In this document: piece by piece, positions 40,487 to 52,288 of the stretch
Position numbering within the stretch: position 1 is the stretch's first letter
Layout: each line of letters opens with the position of its first letter
Source: Macrostomum hystrix
Lineage: Eukaryota > Animalia > Platyhelminthes
Assembly: GCA_950097015.1 (NCBI GenBank)
Contig: CATNEN010000038.1
Coordinates: 10,726,001-10,790,000 of the forward strand
DNA length: 64,000 nt
Direction of reading: 5' to 3'
Program-made: the position numbers and the translations under genes
Notes under the pieces: model-generated
Told to the model about the DNA's origin: nothing
Seen by the model: only the letters and a program-made list of their open reading frames with translations
Databases searched by the model: none

Positions 40487-40912
40487 GAATAGCCATGGAA
40501 AACATTCTTTAGTAGTTTTAATAGAAACCTAAATAGGCAATAAAGCAACAGATTCAATTGTTAATTTTTTGTTCCGATTTCGTCTTTAAGCTAGAAAAAA
40601 TGCACCGAAATAAAATAGTGAAGGAATTTTCTAATTAGTACACGCCTGACTTAAAAGCAAAAGTAGAAAAAAACTAAAAATATGAAATTTGAAAATAAAG
40701 AAGACAAGACAAAGACTCAGGGATCCCTTGCAGAAAGAAAATAAACGAAAAAATTGAGACAAATCTTACTTCTTCTTAAGGCTGCGAATAGCTCTCATTT
40801 ACCCCCAATTTCAATACAGCTTTAAAGAAAAGCATCGATAAAATTACAGTGTAAAAAAGCAGAAAGAATGAAGACAAATATAAGGCAAAAGATGTGATCT
40901 TTTCTTTTTCTA

Positions 40913-41509
40913 TCAAAGATGCTTTTTTGTCGACTTTGCTGCTTCCGCGGCTGCCCCGGGGCCGCCTCCTCGGTGGCCCGCCTGCACAACGCCGGAGCTG
41001 TAGGCGCGGGCCATCTCCGACAAGCGCTGGCCGGGTGATTTCGCCCTAATTGGCGGCAAGCGCTGCTGCCGACTGCTAGCAGCCGATGTTGCCATGGCAA
41101 CGTGAGTTCGGCCGCTGAGCGACACCGAACGACGACTGCTGGACTGCTCGTGACGAACGGCGCCACCGCCAAGTTGACGACTGAAATCGCCGCCGCCACC
41201 GCCGCCGCTGCTCTGTCGCGATTTGCCCGATCGCGATGCAGCTGAACTCGCCGACGCAGCTTCACCGTTTCTAGATGACGCTTCAACGTGGGCGATGTGC
41301 GCCCGCAGCAGCCGATTGAGCGCATAGGCGTCCTTCAGAAGCTCGTCAGCCTCCTCATCAGTCAGCTGGCAATTCTCCAGAAGCCGCAAAACATCGTCGG
41401 GTGATGGAGCGGCAGACGCTGCCGATGTCGGTTGGCCACGCCTTCGCTGCCGCTCTGACGGCGACGACGAATCTCGACGATTGCCGGCTTCTTCTTCCTC
41501 GTCGGCCAT
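40913..41509 (-). CDS. Single-exon 198-aa hypothetical protein (short acidic helical motif, otherwise disordered), possibly ciliary
   Basis: GC-rich ORF in AT-rich flanks; AAATGGCC start; helical DDVLRLLENCQLTDEEADELLKDAYALNRLLR segment; internal X-box. Confidence 0.65.
   Translation of the reverse strand: MADEEEEAGNRRDSSSPSERQRRRGQPTSAASAAPSPDDVLRLLENCQLTDEEADELLKDAYALNRLLRAHIAHVEASSRNGEAASASSAASRSGKSRQSSGGGGGGDFSRQLGGGAVRHEQSSSRRSVSLSGRTHVAMATSAASSRQQRLPPIRAKSPGQRLSEMARAYSSGVVQAGHRGGGPGAAAEAAKSTKKHL
41088..41101. promoter_or_regulatory. Perfect palindromic RFX X-box GTTGCCATGGCAAC
   Basis: Exact match to the RFX consensus; encodes VAMAT in the ORF. Confidence 0.6.
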
Positions 41510-41677
41510 TTGCGACGATGGTGGCTGTTTATGACGTCAAATATATGGCGGCGACAAGCCCTGCTCTCGTCGACAGGGTCAAAAGCTTCTCTGCTTGCCT
41601 TGTTGTATTTCAGCTTCGCTTTGCAGTCTTCCTGTTGTTGATTTTCTTAAATTGGTTGCATATAGATTTATCATGAA

Positions 41678-42291
41678 CAGTAGAACTACCAGGGGGGGGG
41701 GGAAATTTCCCCCCTGACAATTTTTTTGCTGCACCCGAACGGAACAATGCAAGCACACGAAACTCAAGAACAAGGGCCAACTTTTTGTTGCGGATCTTCT
41801 GAAACAAGAAACAAGTCGACAGCTCTTCAGACCGTCGAGATATTCAATGTTTCTGGCCGAATGTCCTATTTTTCCCATAAGAGCTAGTGTATTTCATACA
41901 CCCCTATACACGAATTTGCACTGCGCCTCAGTGCGGCCTTTCCAGACCTTCAAACTTTATCAGCATGTCACCGGAATGTGCTTGCATCATCACGACCTCG
42001 GCGGTCACCGACCTTTATCTAGATCCATCTCTCTTATCTATCTAGACCTTCAAGAGCTAGAACAGGTGGAACTAGGCCACTATGGACACCCTGACGCGAA
42101 TTTCTCCAATTTCACTGTTCAAGCCTAACTATTAGGCGCAGCTCAACCACAGCGGACACCCTCGACTAGTCTGTCAACCAATCAGTCACCCCCAAAGCAT
42201 TCAGGCGCTGGCAAAAACATTTTCAGAGGGGGGGAATTCCCCCCAACCTTGGTATAAAAACGGGCGGCAAAATGGCTTGGTAGTCCTACTG
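41678..42291. mobile_element. MITE-like non-autonomous element; truncated second copy at about 60879-61245
   Basis: TIR CAGTAGAACTACCA ... TGGTAGTCCTACTG; interior colinear with 60879-61245; no TSD resolved. Confidence 0.75.
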
Positions 42292-43487
42292 TTAATTAAG
42301 AAGTGGTTTTATTTTCTTTAAAATTTATTTCCCCTAACAAAGTAGCTATTGCTGCTTTTTAATACGAACAAAAAAGTGTAATTAGCTCACACAAGCATTT
42401 ATAAATACACATATCAGAGTGGAATAATAAAAAATTCTGCTTGCAATGCACTCTTTAAAGTTTATTTCCTTTCCAAATAAAATTCTCGCCTTACTTACTA
42501 CTTTTTAATTGCTAGACATCTATGAAGGAATAATAAATATTTTAGGAATTGATAAAAAAATTAGCTATAAAATTTTATTAATGCTATAAATATAAAAAGC
42601 ATGCCTCCATTGTTGGATATGAAATATTTAATTATTTTGCCTTTGTATGCCTACTTTTCAACCAAGTCTACTAGTTTCCCTTTTTGAAACACACAATTAT
42701 GAAATTGTGATATGAAAATTTAAATAAGTTTAAAAATATATAAAAAATTTAGTTTATATATTAGCAAAGTTATATCATTTTACTGTTTTCTATAGACTTC
42801 AGCTTCCATTGATATATATAGGTTTTTTAACGTGAGTCAGCTGTATGAAATTTATGTGTTAAATAGTGCGATGCAATTGTAATAAATATACAAAAAATAA
42901 TAGAAATAATGACGTGTGTAATATTTTTCCAGTTAAAATAGCTTGTTTGTGCAATTAACGATTAGCAAAAGTAAAGTTATTTTATAGAGCTAAAGAATAA
43001 ATGTATATTCATTTGGCTGAATCTGTCTCGCGTTTCTAAATCTCAAGTGTATTAAAGAATAAAATAAATTCCGTATCATATTGAACAACAGAGAAGGCTC
43101 TTAGGCTCAGCAGATAAGCAAGTTCAGTGCATAAAAATAGTTTTGCGACATTATGTTAAAAAATAATGGCGTAAACTAAAGCGTATAACTAAAGCGGGTA
43201 ATAAATGAATCCCTATATTATTATGCAGTTACGTTACTTCTTTGTCATATCTTTAATTATATTAGACTCTAAAGTAGTGTAATAAATTGCTTACTTTTGT
43301 TTAAAAAAACGCTAAATTTAAAATATTAAAAACGAAGATCTAAAAAATTATTCTTTTTTTCGGGATTGTCAAATTTGTTTGAGGTGTCCGATTGCGCGCC
43401 GCAGTGCCATCGAGCGAACAAAATCTGACCCGTTGGCAGTGTTGGGCGCTCGCACATTATGCAGATTACGTTCCTCCAGGTTCAGTT

Positions 43488-43810
43488 CCGCCTTGGTGTC
43501 AGTGGCAGAGCGGTTAATGCGTTTGCCTCTCACACCAAGGTCCCCAAGCTCGATTCCGTGGCGAGGCCACATTAAATTGGAGCGCAGCCGCGGAAGGTTT
43601 GGGAGCTTGTCGTGCAATTTACGCCCTTGAGGGCCAGCCTAGAAGGCACAGTGAAGTGTAAATAACTGACGATGGGAAAGTCAGGGCAGATATATACACA
43701 CCTGTGTGAGCGCATGCCTGCGCCCGTATCTGTGTGCGTGTGTGCTCAGGAGTCAGCGAAATAGGAAGAATTGCCTCCTCGCTGGCTGCGGGTCTAGTGT
43801 CACTAAATGA
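43488..43810 (+). mobile_element. tRNA-derived SINE (family B)
   Basis: GTGGCAGAGCGGTTAATGCG A box, CTCGATTCC B box; homologous to 27738-28060. Confidence 0.85.
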
Positions 43811-44935
43811 TTTGCCATTGCCCGCAGCACTCCTGCGAATAAGAATATAGCCCCCCCGCGCCTTCACGGAACCTGCAATTGGTGAGCAGCAGGACGTCCT
43901 GCATGGACAGGCTCGGGACAGGACGGCCATGGAACCATTCTTAATTCTCTGAAATCCCATTTTGAGTTATCCAGAGTTTTCTCTGATTTTTACCGCGAAA
44001 ATCAATGTTGCTGTTGCTAAGCCTATCTGGCCTTAGCGGAAAGATGCTGTCATAATTTTTAAATCAGCTGATGAGTCTATAGCCATCGCAATAAGCAGCT
44101 AAAAAATTCCATTGATAGATAATCGCAAAGCTGCTTGATATTGTGTGTGATGATTTCTTTAAGGACAATTGTTTATAAATTTCGGACAATAAAATACTAC
44201 GAGTTTGTGTCTAAGCTGCCATGAGATTAATGGTTAAGGTGCTAATAGATTTATCGAATTGATATAAAAATGTTTCTATGTGATCATTTCAACGATGCAA
44301 TTTAATTTCAGACTGAAACCGACAGCTTGGGGGGAAGTTTGACAAAAAGAATTAATGTTTTTTTAGAAGAATTTGCAGATTGAGGCGCAAAACTTTACTG
44401 GATATTATTGCTAATATATATAGCAAACTAAAGAAAAAAATGAATTAAAAAAAGAATTGTGCTCCTATGGGGAGGGAGAAAAACTCAATCTAATGATTCC
44501 AAACCCAAAGCAAAATATATTGGCACAACCAGCTGTAGCAATAATGAATTGCAGCAAGTTATCTGTAGCAATTCAATGGCTATAATTTCCTAATATTCAA
44601 CTAAAACTAAATCGTAGCTATATATGTTTGCTAATTATAGCAACAGCACTTTTAATAAGAACACTTAGCTAATTAGGCCTCAGACCCCAGAAGCGGATCA
44701 ATTCATTACAGCAGTAGATATTTTAATGAGACCTGTCATCCTACAGCCAGCCGACAATTGGCAATGCTATAAATTGCAAAAGATCAGCTTGTCTGTCTCC
44801 AAAGTTACGCGGGTCAGAAAATTTTTTTTCAAGTAGAATAAGAATACTTGAGTATTGATTCTACCGCCCAGCAAGGTTTGTGTTGCTTATCCCACTAATT
44901 GTGGTATTTCTTTGTGTCCTAATGTGTGCATGCAG

Positions 44936-46139
44936 CCTCAGAGGACGGACGCTTCATCCTAGCCCGAAATGCCAGCTTCAAAGCTCCGTCCTCCAGTCAG
45001 GAACTGATCGGCGCCAGCGCTGAACGGCTCTGCGCTTACCTGTGCCACTTTAATTCGACCTGCTTCGGGTTCTTCTTCTGGCTGTTAAACCGATGCCACC
45101 TGATTAGTGCTCAAGCCTTCTTCTCAAGCAACTGGACCATCGCGCCAGAGATGTGCACCGTCTTTACCCGACCGCCAAAAGGTGAATAAAATATCCCCTT
45201 TTGCGTTCTAAACTATTCTAAAGTTTTCAACGAAGCAGTGCTTTTAATTTGAGCAAAACTTAATATACCAATTAGGCTAAACTGATGTCGGCGTTCCATT
45301 CAACAGGATTTATTTCTCTGCTGACTCTATAGATTCGTCCTTTTTGGGCGAATGTGTGTAAAAATTTCGCGCATGATTGAGGCAGCGATGCATAGAAGCG
45401 GTTGTTTTCGTACGTTGAGATGACTCTATGTCTCTCAATCCCGTCTATAAATTACAGCCTATGGACCAATCAAATTTGCCGTAACTATTACCGATCTTGA
45501 GGACGCTCAGAAGTGTATAATAAACGGAATCTTTAAAGGCCACTGTCTCTCTTCATAGTCTATGGTAGAAGATGCATTCTTGATGGAAAAATTGCTTGAA
45601 ATTCTAATTGATCGCTGCTTCGGGAAAAAAGTGTATGGTATTCTAAGATCATGATGGCCATAGATTCTCAACATTGCGAGATTGCCCAACATTATTGTAT
45701 TTTTGTCTGACGTCGGTGTCCCTCCCGCAGAGGATCTAAGAGTCTCCAAATGACCAGCAATGTGATCCAGAGTTCAACTGCTTTTGGTGGCCCATGCTCT
45801 AAAGCAATCGATGGCAACAGATACCAATTATACAGTGGCTCGGCCTCCTGCTGCCACACAAGCAGCACCATAAGCAACGAATGGTGGGAAGCTGCCGCGG
45901 TCATTTCGTTCGTCACCATCTAAAATAGGCTAGACGGCTGCTGCGTTAGTGGGCAGGGGAACTTCATTCCGCTATTGGACGACATTCAATGCAATGAATA
46001 CAATGATACCTTCACTACATTCAGTGTCCGCAACTTCACCTGCCTCGGCTATGGAAGCAGGATTAGTTTTTTGAATCGGCTGTATATGGCTATGTTTTCT
46101 CTGTGTGAGGTTGAGGCCTTCGGATACCAATGGCCTTGA
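44936..46139 (+). pseudogene. PAN/apple + F-type lectin (fucolectin) domain pseudogene; exons 44936-45181 and 45731-46139
   Basis: Exon A: CAYLCHFNSTCFGFFF..NRCHL (PAN pattern), phase-1 ends. Exon B: QSST..KAIDGN..CCHT..EWWE..VTI*NRLDGCC..LCEVEAFG (F-type lectin), with a frameshift at about 45750 and TAA at 45921-45923. Confidence 0.8.
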
Positions 46140-46499
46140 CGGATAGAAACTCAACCAGTAAGAGACAATTAAAAAACTCAAGCTCACATTTTACTGCTTG
46201 TTCTACGCTTCTAAACGTATCCAGTTATAGGAAAAAGTAACAGTAAAAATAGGTAATTATCGTTGCCCAAAGGAAACAAAGTTTAATTGTATTATTTTTT
46301 CACAAGAAAAATTATCCTTTTTGTTACTTCGTTCATTAAAACTGTGTAGGCTAATTTAACTTTCTATTGCCACCTGTTGACTATCTGTTTACTTCTATAA
46401 ATTTCTATTAATCGCTTTTAAAAACTGACAAAAATGACTGACCATATAAGTGGTATTGTGTATTTGTAAGCCATTTCTTGAGCCATTTGAACTTTAAAA

Positions 46500-46870
46500 A
46501 TTTAGTACTTTAGTATTTGTACTTTAGTATATGTTTGTACTTCAGTTTATACATTTATACTTGAGTGTACTTTAGTACTTTAGTTAGTACATTCGTAACT
46601 AGTATACTTTAGTACTTTAGTATACTTTAGTACTTTAGTAATACTTTAGTACTTTAGAATACTTTAGTACTTTAGTAATACTTTAGTACTTTAGGATACT
46701 TTAGTAATTTAGTATACTTTAGTACTTTAGGATACTTTAGTAATTTAGTATACTTTAGTACTTTAGTATACTTTAGTACTTTAGTATACTTTAGTACTTT
46801 AGTATACTTTAGTACTTTAGTATACTTTAGTACTTTAGTATACTTTAGTACTTTAGTATACTTTAGCATT
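46500..46870. repeat. AT-rich 18-bp minisatellite (TATACTTTAGTACTTTAG)
   Basis: Direct reading. Confidence 0.93.
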
Positions 46871-47885
46871 ATTTAGCACTATTTATACTTTAGCACAGCT
46901 TTGTTTTAAATGAGTACTTTACTACTTGTTTGCTGTGGGATTGGCACTCCAGTTCTCAGCTTCTACAATGACAGAAATATAGATGTGTATCATTATTGTA
47001 CATGTGAAAATATTAGAATTAGTGGGAGGGCTGCGGGCATGGCAAATTTTTTGTGCCAGAGTAGAACTGCAGCCAGTTTTTAGGAAAATGCATGGCTACC
47101 GCCGATTTTGAAACAAGAATAAGTTTCTGAATCGACAGAATCGCATGAAAAAAGCAATAAAATTTAACTTCTCTCATTTAAAAAATATAAGAAAACAGTT
47201 TTTATTCCCCCCAGAAGACAGAAATACAACGCAGTATTTCCGCGTTATATACGGAAGAACATTGTTCAAAGCTGTTGCTAAGGATTCTTTGTAGAAGCAG
47301 TTTTTGCTTCAGATAACAAACTACATTGCCCTGATAAAGAACGTTAAAGTTTTCTTATTTTTTTCAAAACAAAATGGTTTGAGTCACTCTGCTCTGCTTA
47401 GGCGAACCACCTGCTTCTTCTGGAGGTCAATTGCATCCAGAACAAACTGGATTTGGACTCCGAGAGTTTTCAGCGAGTGAAAAACCCCCCTTGGACTTGC
47501 GCTATTGCTGCTTTGAATCAATACTCAACTGTCACTTGAGCAGTTCTTGCGGCACTTCGATATAGCCCGAATGGCACACGTTGGGGTGATTGAGTTGAAA
47601 CAATAACAATTCAAACGGATCTCTCTCGCTAGCTCTTCTCTCTCTCGGACCGAGCTAGTGCTGATCGTACGAGGCGCGGCCGGGGTAGCGAATTTAAGAT
47701 TGGCAGCTGAATTTGGACGTTGAGTTCACAATAGCTAATTATAATCCCATATTATGGCGATCCACTCTGAAGGCTATAAAAGAAGGACAAATATTCGCTC
47801 CAAGAAGCATTTAAACACTACTTATCAAAAGTCTAGATAATTTAAATTTAATACTATAGCACAGTTTGATTATATAAAGCAGAGA

Positions 47886-48485
47886 ATGCGTTCTGGACTG
47901 ATCATTCTGTTGATCTGCATCTGCATCGGCACATGTCACGGCTGGATAGGAGGTAAGAGAGCTTCTTAACCCATCTAGATTGTTTAACAAATCACTAACA
48001 GTTTCAGAATAATTATTTTCAATTTCAGGTGTCGCTGCTTCGCGCCGCGCCGCACAAAATAGAGGGTAATCTCCAGTTCACGGATGAGAGGGTTGAGTAG
48101 CAGAGCGGTAAATGCCATTGCCTATCGAACTAAGGTTCCTAATCTCGATTGTCCTCCAAGACGATGAGAAAGTCGAGGCAGTTTATTATTCTTGTTATGG
48201 TCACTAATGAGTTCATTGCTCAAACTAATAGGCCAAGAATCAAAGTTCCGCCTTCCATACTTTTTTAGCCTGAGGTGCGAAATTCAACGCGACTGTCCCA
48301 GGCCCACCTGCTTCAAAAATCAAGGAAAGACCTTGTGCATGACCACTTGCCTTGTATGCAATGTGTGCCACCGTTATGGCGAAGTGAAGTCGAGGCGCTG
48401 CAAGAACTGCCGCGACGTTTGCCGGTCCAGCCCCAAGAACGGCTACTGTGCCAGGCGCAGATGGTGCAGACGCTTCAGGCCGTAG
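47886..48485 (+). CDS. Secreted cationic 12-cysteine peptide precursor, 3 exons (47886-47952, 48029-48065, 48269-48485), 106 aa
   Basis: TATAAAAG at about 47775; signal MRSGLIILLICICIGTCHG; canonical phase-1 and phase-2 introns give an open frame; last exon has 12 Cys, 19 R/K versus 4 D/E; AATAAA at about 48668. Confidence 0.8.
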
Positions 48486-48789
48486 TGAGGACACTGCAGG
48501 ATCTTCGTCTATGGCCTAAAGCTATGGCCGAAAGTGTTTGGCTTGAGAAATGAACTGCGACGAGTACTTTTATTAACTTTTTCCTTTTCTTTACTTAATA
48601 TATTTAAGGTAAAAGGTACGCCCGCATATTTCAATTGAAAATTCGTGGTTTTTCTGGCTCTCTATCTAATAAAAAAATAAACAGAAAGCAAAATAAAGGA
48701 CAAATTTTATCTTTTAGCTTCGCAAAATTCAAATTACTGATTCGTAGCTCTGTTCTTCCAATCAAACTCCTACTTGCTGCGGACCTATA

Positions 48790-48905
48790 ACAAGAAGGTC
48801 GGGAGTTCGATTCCAGACTTAACTGGAACGATTTGTGTCATTTAGCAAGATGCTTAGCTAAGTATTGATTCAGTTCACCCAGCGGTTAAATTTGGTACAA
48901 ATGTG
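48790..48905 (+). mobile_element. CORE-like SINE fragment (family A)
   Basis: GAAGGTCGGGAGTTCGATTCC...TGTGTCATTTAGCAAGATGCTTA...GATTCAGTTCA. Confidence 0.65.
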
Positions 48906-49268
48906 TTACAGGCCGTATGTATTCTATTTTTGGAGAGAGAGAAGACCATTTGCTACCGGGAATGACTTCATTAAAACTTCAGACGATGATTTTTTGCTTA
49001 TCGAAAACATAGATATAAGGACTTCCAGTCGAATTATGCGGGATGCGAGTTATTATACGGCGCTGTAACTTGGCGCTCTCCGGGATTTTATTTTGTATCG
49101 CACAGTTACAGCCATAGACGATATTAAGCAAACCCACTCAACGTCATTCAATAGCAGTGAGCGACAACCAGTAATGAAAAAACAAAAGTACAACGATATT
49201 AAGGGTGACAGGGAGATATGCAAAACAGTCTTTGCGGCAGAGAAACACAGTTTCATACAGCGGATACT

Positions 49269-50713
49269 TCACACAGGCCCATCAGGAGACACTCCGACGT
49301 TCGTTGGCCCGATGTTCTGCACGACCGTGCAGTTATTGAAGACGAATATGTGTCCGCTGCATCGCGAATCACTTGCCACCTCCGGGACCACCTTGCCGTC
49401 GACCACCAGGCTTGACGTCTTGATCAGATTCATCGATGTCCGCTTGTACGCGCGCACGCCTTCTACGCTGCGGTGTCCCGTGCGCTCCATGATAATCTGC
49501 TCGTCCACTCCGGCTTGGTACAGGCGCGTCGCACATGTTGCCCTCAGGCTGTGGTTGGTCAGCTTGGGCACGCCAGAGTCGGTGGTGATGTCGGCCATCA
49601 TCTTGCACAATTGGTTCTTGCCAATCGGTCTGGATGTGAACCGCACCGTGTTGCTCTCCCAGTTCTTAGCTGGCTGCAGGTAGAACCTCTCCACACCTGA
49701 TGTCGCACCTTCAGAAACTTCTTGAACGCTGTCAGGTGGCAGATGCGGTTGCCTAGATGGGACGTAGATGGGACGTATACCCGGTCCACTAGTTTGTGCC
49801 GTTTGTCATTGAGGCCACCTTGATTGGTCTTTGACGTTGCCTCCTTGTAAACAAGGCACTCTTCATTCTCGCGCACTGCAACCTGCAGCTGCGTCAGTAG
49901 CATACCCGCGTGCTCCACACCGCCACGCAGGGCGAAATGAAGTCCGTTGAGGAAGAAGAGCGTCTTCGTCAACCGGACGGGATCGTCCACGCCGAGAACT
50001 CCGGACTGCCAGATCTTCTCCTCGTCGGACACGCAGAGGATTCCAGCAGGCTTAGCGTTGAGCGACGAACCAGCTGCGGTTGACAATTTCATGGCCGCGT
50101 CCAGGGAGTCTCTGAATGGCCGCAGCTCCGCAGACTTGAACAGATCAACAGTCGGGTTGGCCTCGCGAATGAGCGCCTGAAGTCCAGCGGCGATTGACAC
50201 GAGTGAACCGCCAGGATATCGGTCGCCATTCACTTTTCGCACCTCATGGATGAAACGGCCCAGCGTCGTATTAATCTCCTCGATGGTGAACTCCGTGATG
50301 GGCTTCACGGCGACGGTGCTACCACGCGCAGTTATCCACTCTTGGAAGGTTCGCAGGGCCCACTTGTTGCGATTGACAGTGCCCCTCAGACGAACAGATT
50401 GGTTTAACACCCCAATGTCGCCGACTACAGCGAAACGCCTGCCATCCGCCTCGCCGTTGTTCACCGCTCCGTCCGTGCCTTCCAGTTCTCTCAGCGCGCC
50501 GTCGATTGGCTCTACTCCTTCTAGATCTTCAAGCTCCAATTCTCGCTGTTCATTCATCGCAGCGGCCAGCCATTGATGTTCACGCATATCGCGATCATGG
50601 TGTGACTCTACGGACGCTACGAACGCGGCTGGCAACACATTCGGGTCAAAGTTACCAACAAAATCTTTCGAATAATCCACAAGCGGATTTATCACTCTAC
50701 GCATTTTAGCCAT
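49269..50713 (-). pseudogene. Crypton-type tyrosine recombinase (DUF3504 / KCTD1-ZMYM-like), one frameshift at about 49702
   Basis: LGRFIHEVRKVNGDRYP, GLHFALRGGVEH (catalytic R), SKTNQGGL, then after a 1-bp slip RFYLQP..PIGKNQL..TNHSLRAT (HxxR)..RTGHRS..RAYKR (catalytic Y). Confidence 0.88.
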
Positions 50714-50962
50714 TTGCGTTTGACTGTGTATGGGCGTTACTTGCTCGTCCGCTCCGCTCTACCCTCTTCCTCAGCCAAACAGGCTCGTCTCTCCCTCAAA
50801 TGTTCACCAACGATATGGGCCATAGACACTGACTGGGCTTCTCCGGGATTATATTTCCGGCTCGTTTCTCTCTCCACGCGCGCGAGTTTGCCCATAGACA
50901 GTCGCGTTCCGGGATTATATTTCAGCTTCAATATAATCCCGGAGAAACGCCACTGGTATCTA

Positions 50963-52288
50963 CACTCAGCAACATTGAAAAGTTTGCACCCTCGCGCAAG
51001 TTGTATATTTAGAGTTTCAAAACCGGTTTTTGTCGCCAGACTTGTGCCATAGACGATTGATGATTTCGTCAACACGCACTTGGGCCATAGACGCCAGACA
51101 AGTCGAAGGAAACATTCACATGTAGCAGTCAGCCTACAGGAGTCTATGATCCACGTTCGCAACCAAACGGAATGGTTCGCCAAATGACCGACCTGGAACG
51201 AGCGCGCGCCGTTGGCATGCTGGACGCTGGGGTGTCCATCCGAGCTATTACTCGCCAAATTGGGCGGTTTCGCACAGCAATCCGCAAACTGCAGATCAAG
51301 TGCAGAGAAACTGGCAGCGTGGCGCTAGCCACGCGCGGCCGGCGGCTCAATTTGCGCAGTACAACTAGGAGGGCGGACCGGCGATCGCTGCGAATGTCGA
51401 AGGGAAGCCCCACATTGCCAGCCACCCTGCTACGGCTGATGTGGACTGAAAGAAGCAGGCGAGGGGATTTCTGAGCGCCCAAACCATCCGACGACAATAG
51501 CGGGAGTTGGGGCTGTGATCCCGTAAGATGCGCAAACGGCCACGCCTGACCCCAACCCATGTGGCCAGCCGGCAACAATGGGCAATGCAAAGGGTCCAGT
51601 GGAGGCAGCAGCAGTGGCGGCGAGTGATTTTCGCGGATGAGAGCCGCTTTCGATTGTTCCGTGCCGACGGCCGCATTCGAGTGTGGCGCCAGCCACGCCA
51701 GGAGATGCTGCCGCAGCACGTGCAAAACTCAGAGAGCTGCAGCTTCTATTCACGTGTGGGCAGGCATCACAATGCACGCAAAGACGGAGCTCGTGTTCCT
51801 GGATGCGACTGTGACTGCCGAGTCGTATTTGCCAATTTTTTGCCAAGCCAACCTTCTACAGACGCTGCTGCCCTTCATTGATGCTTCATGTGGTGGCGTG
51901 GGGAACAGCGTCCTCCAAGACGACAACGCCCCACCGCATCGCGCAGCCGCTGTGGTGCATCTGAAGGACTGACTACTTCGGAATCACTGTCTACCGCGAA
52001 TCACTGTCTACTGCATGGCAACAGCTACCGCAAGATTTTCTGCGACGCCTGGTTGTGGGTATGCCCGGAGAGTGTGCGCTCTGCTGCACGCACGTGGCTG
52101 CTGTACGCGTTACTGACCCTGTTCTGGGCCAGTTGGCACCAGATGCTCGCGTACTTTCTTTGCTGTTCGTTTGCTTCGTTCGAATCCGGATTTTATATCT
52201 GTCTATGGCTCAAACCACTAATATCTCCACCTACCAAAACGTTGACCCATCGTGCGCTAGGGTGGAAACTTTTCAATGTTGCTGAGTG
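50963..52288 (+). mobile_element. Tc1/mariner DNA transposon, defective
   Basis: 36-bp TIRs CACTCAGCAACATTGAAAAGTTTSCACCCTMGCGCA (2 mismatches); TA on both sides (50961-50962, 52289-52290). Confidence 0.95.
51172..51972 (+). pseudogene. Tc1 transposase pseudogene
   Basis: HTH start ERARAVGMLDAG, VIFADESRF, VWAGI and LQDDNAPPHRA split over different frames with stops; third catalytic region not seen. Confidence 0.9.
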
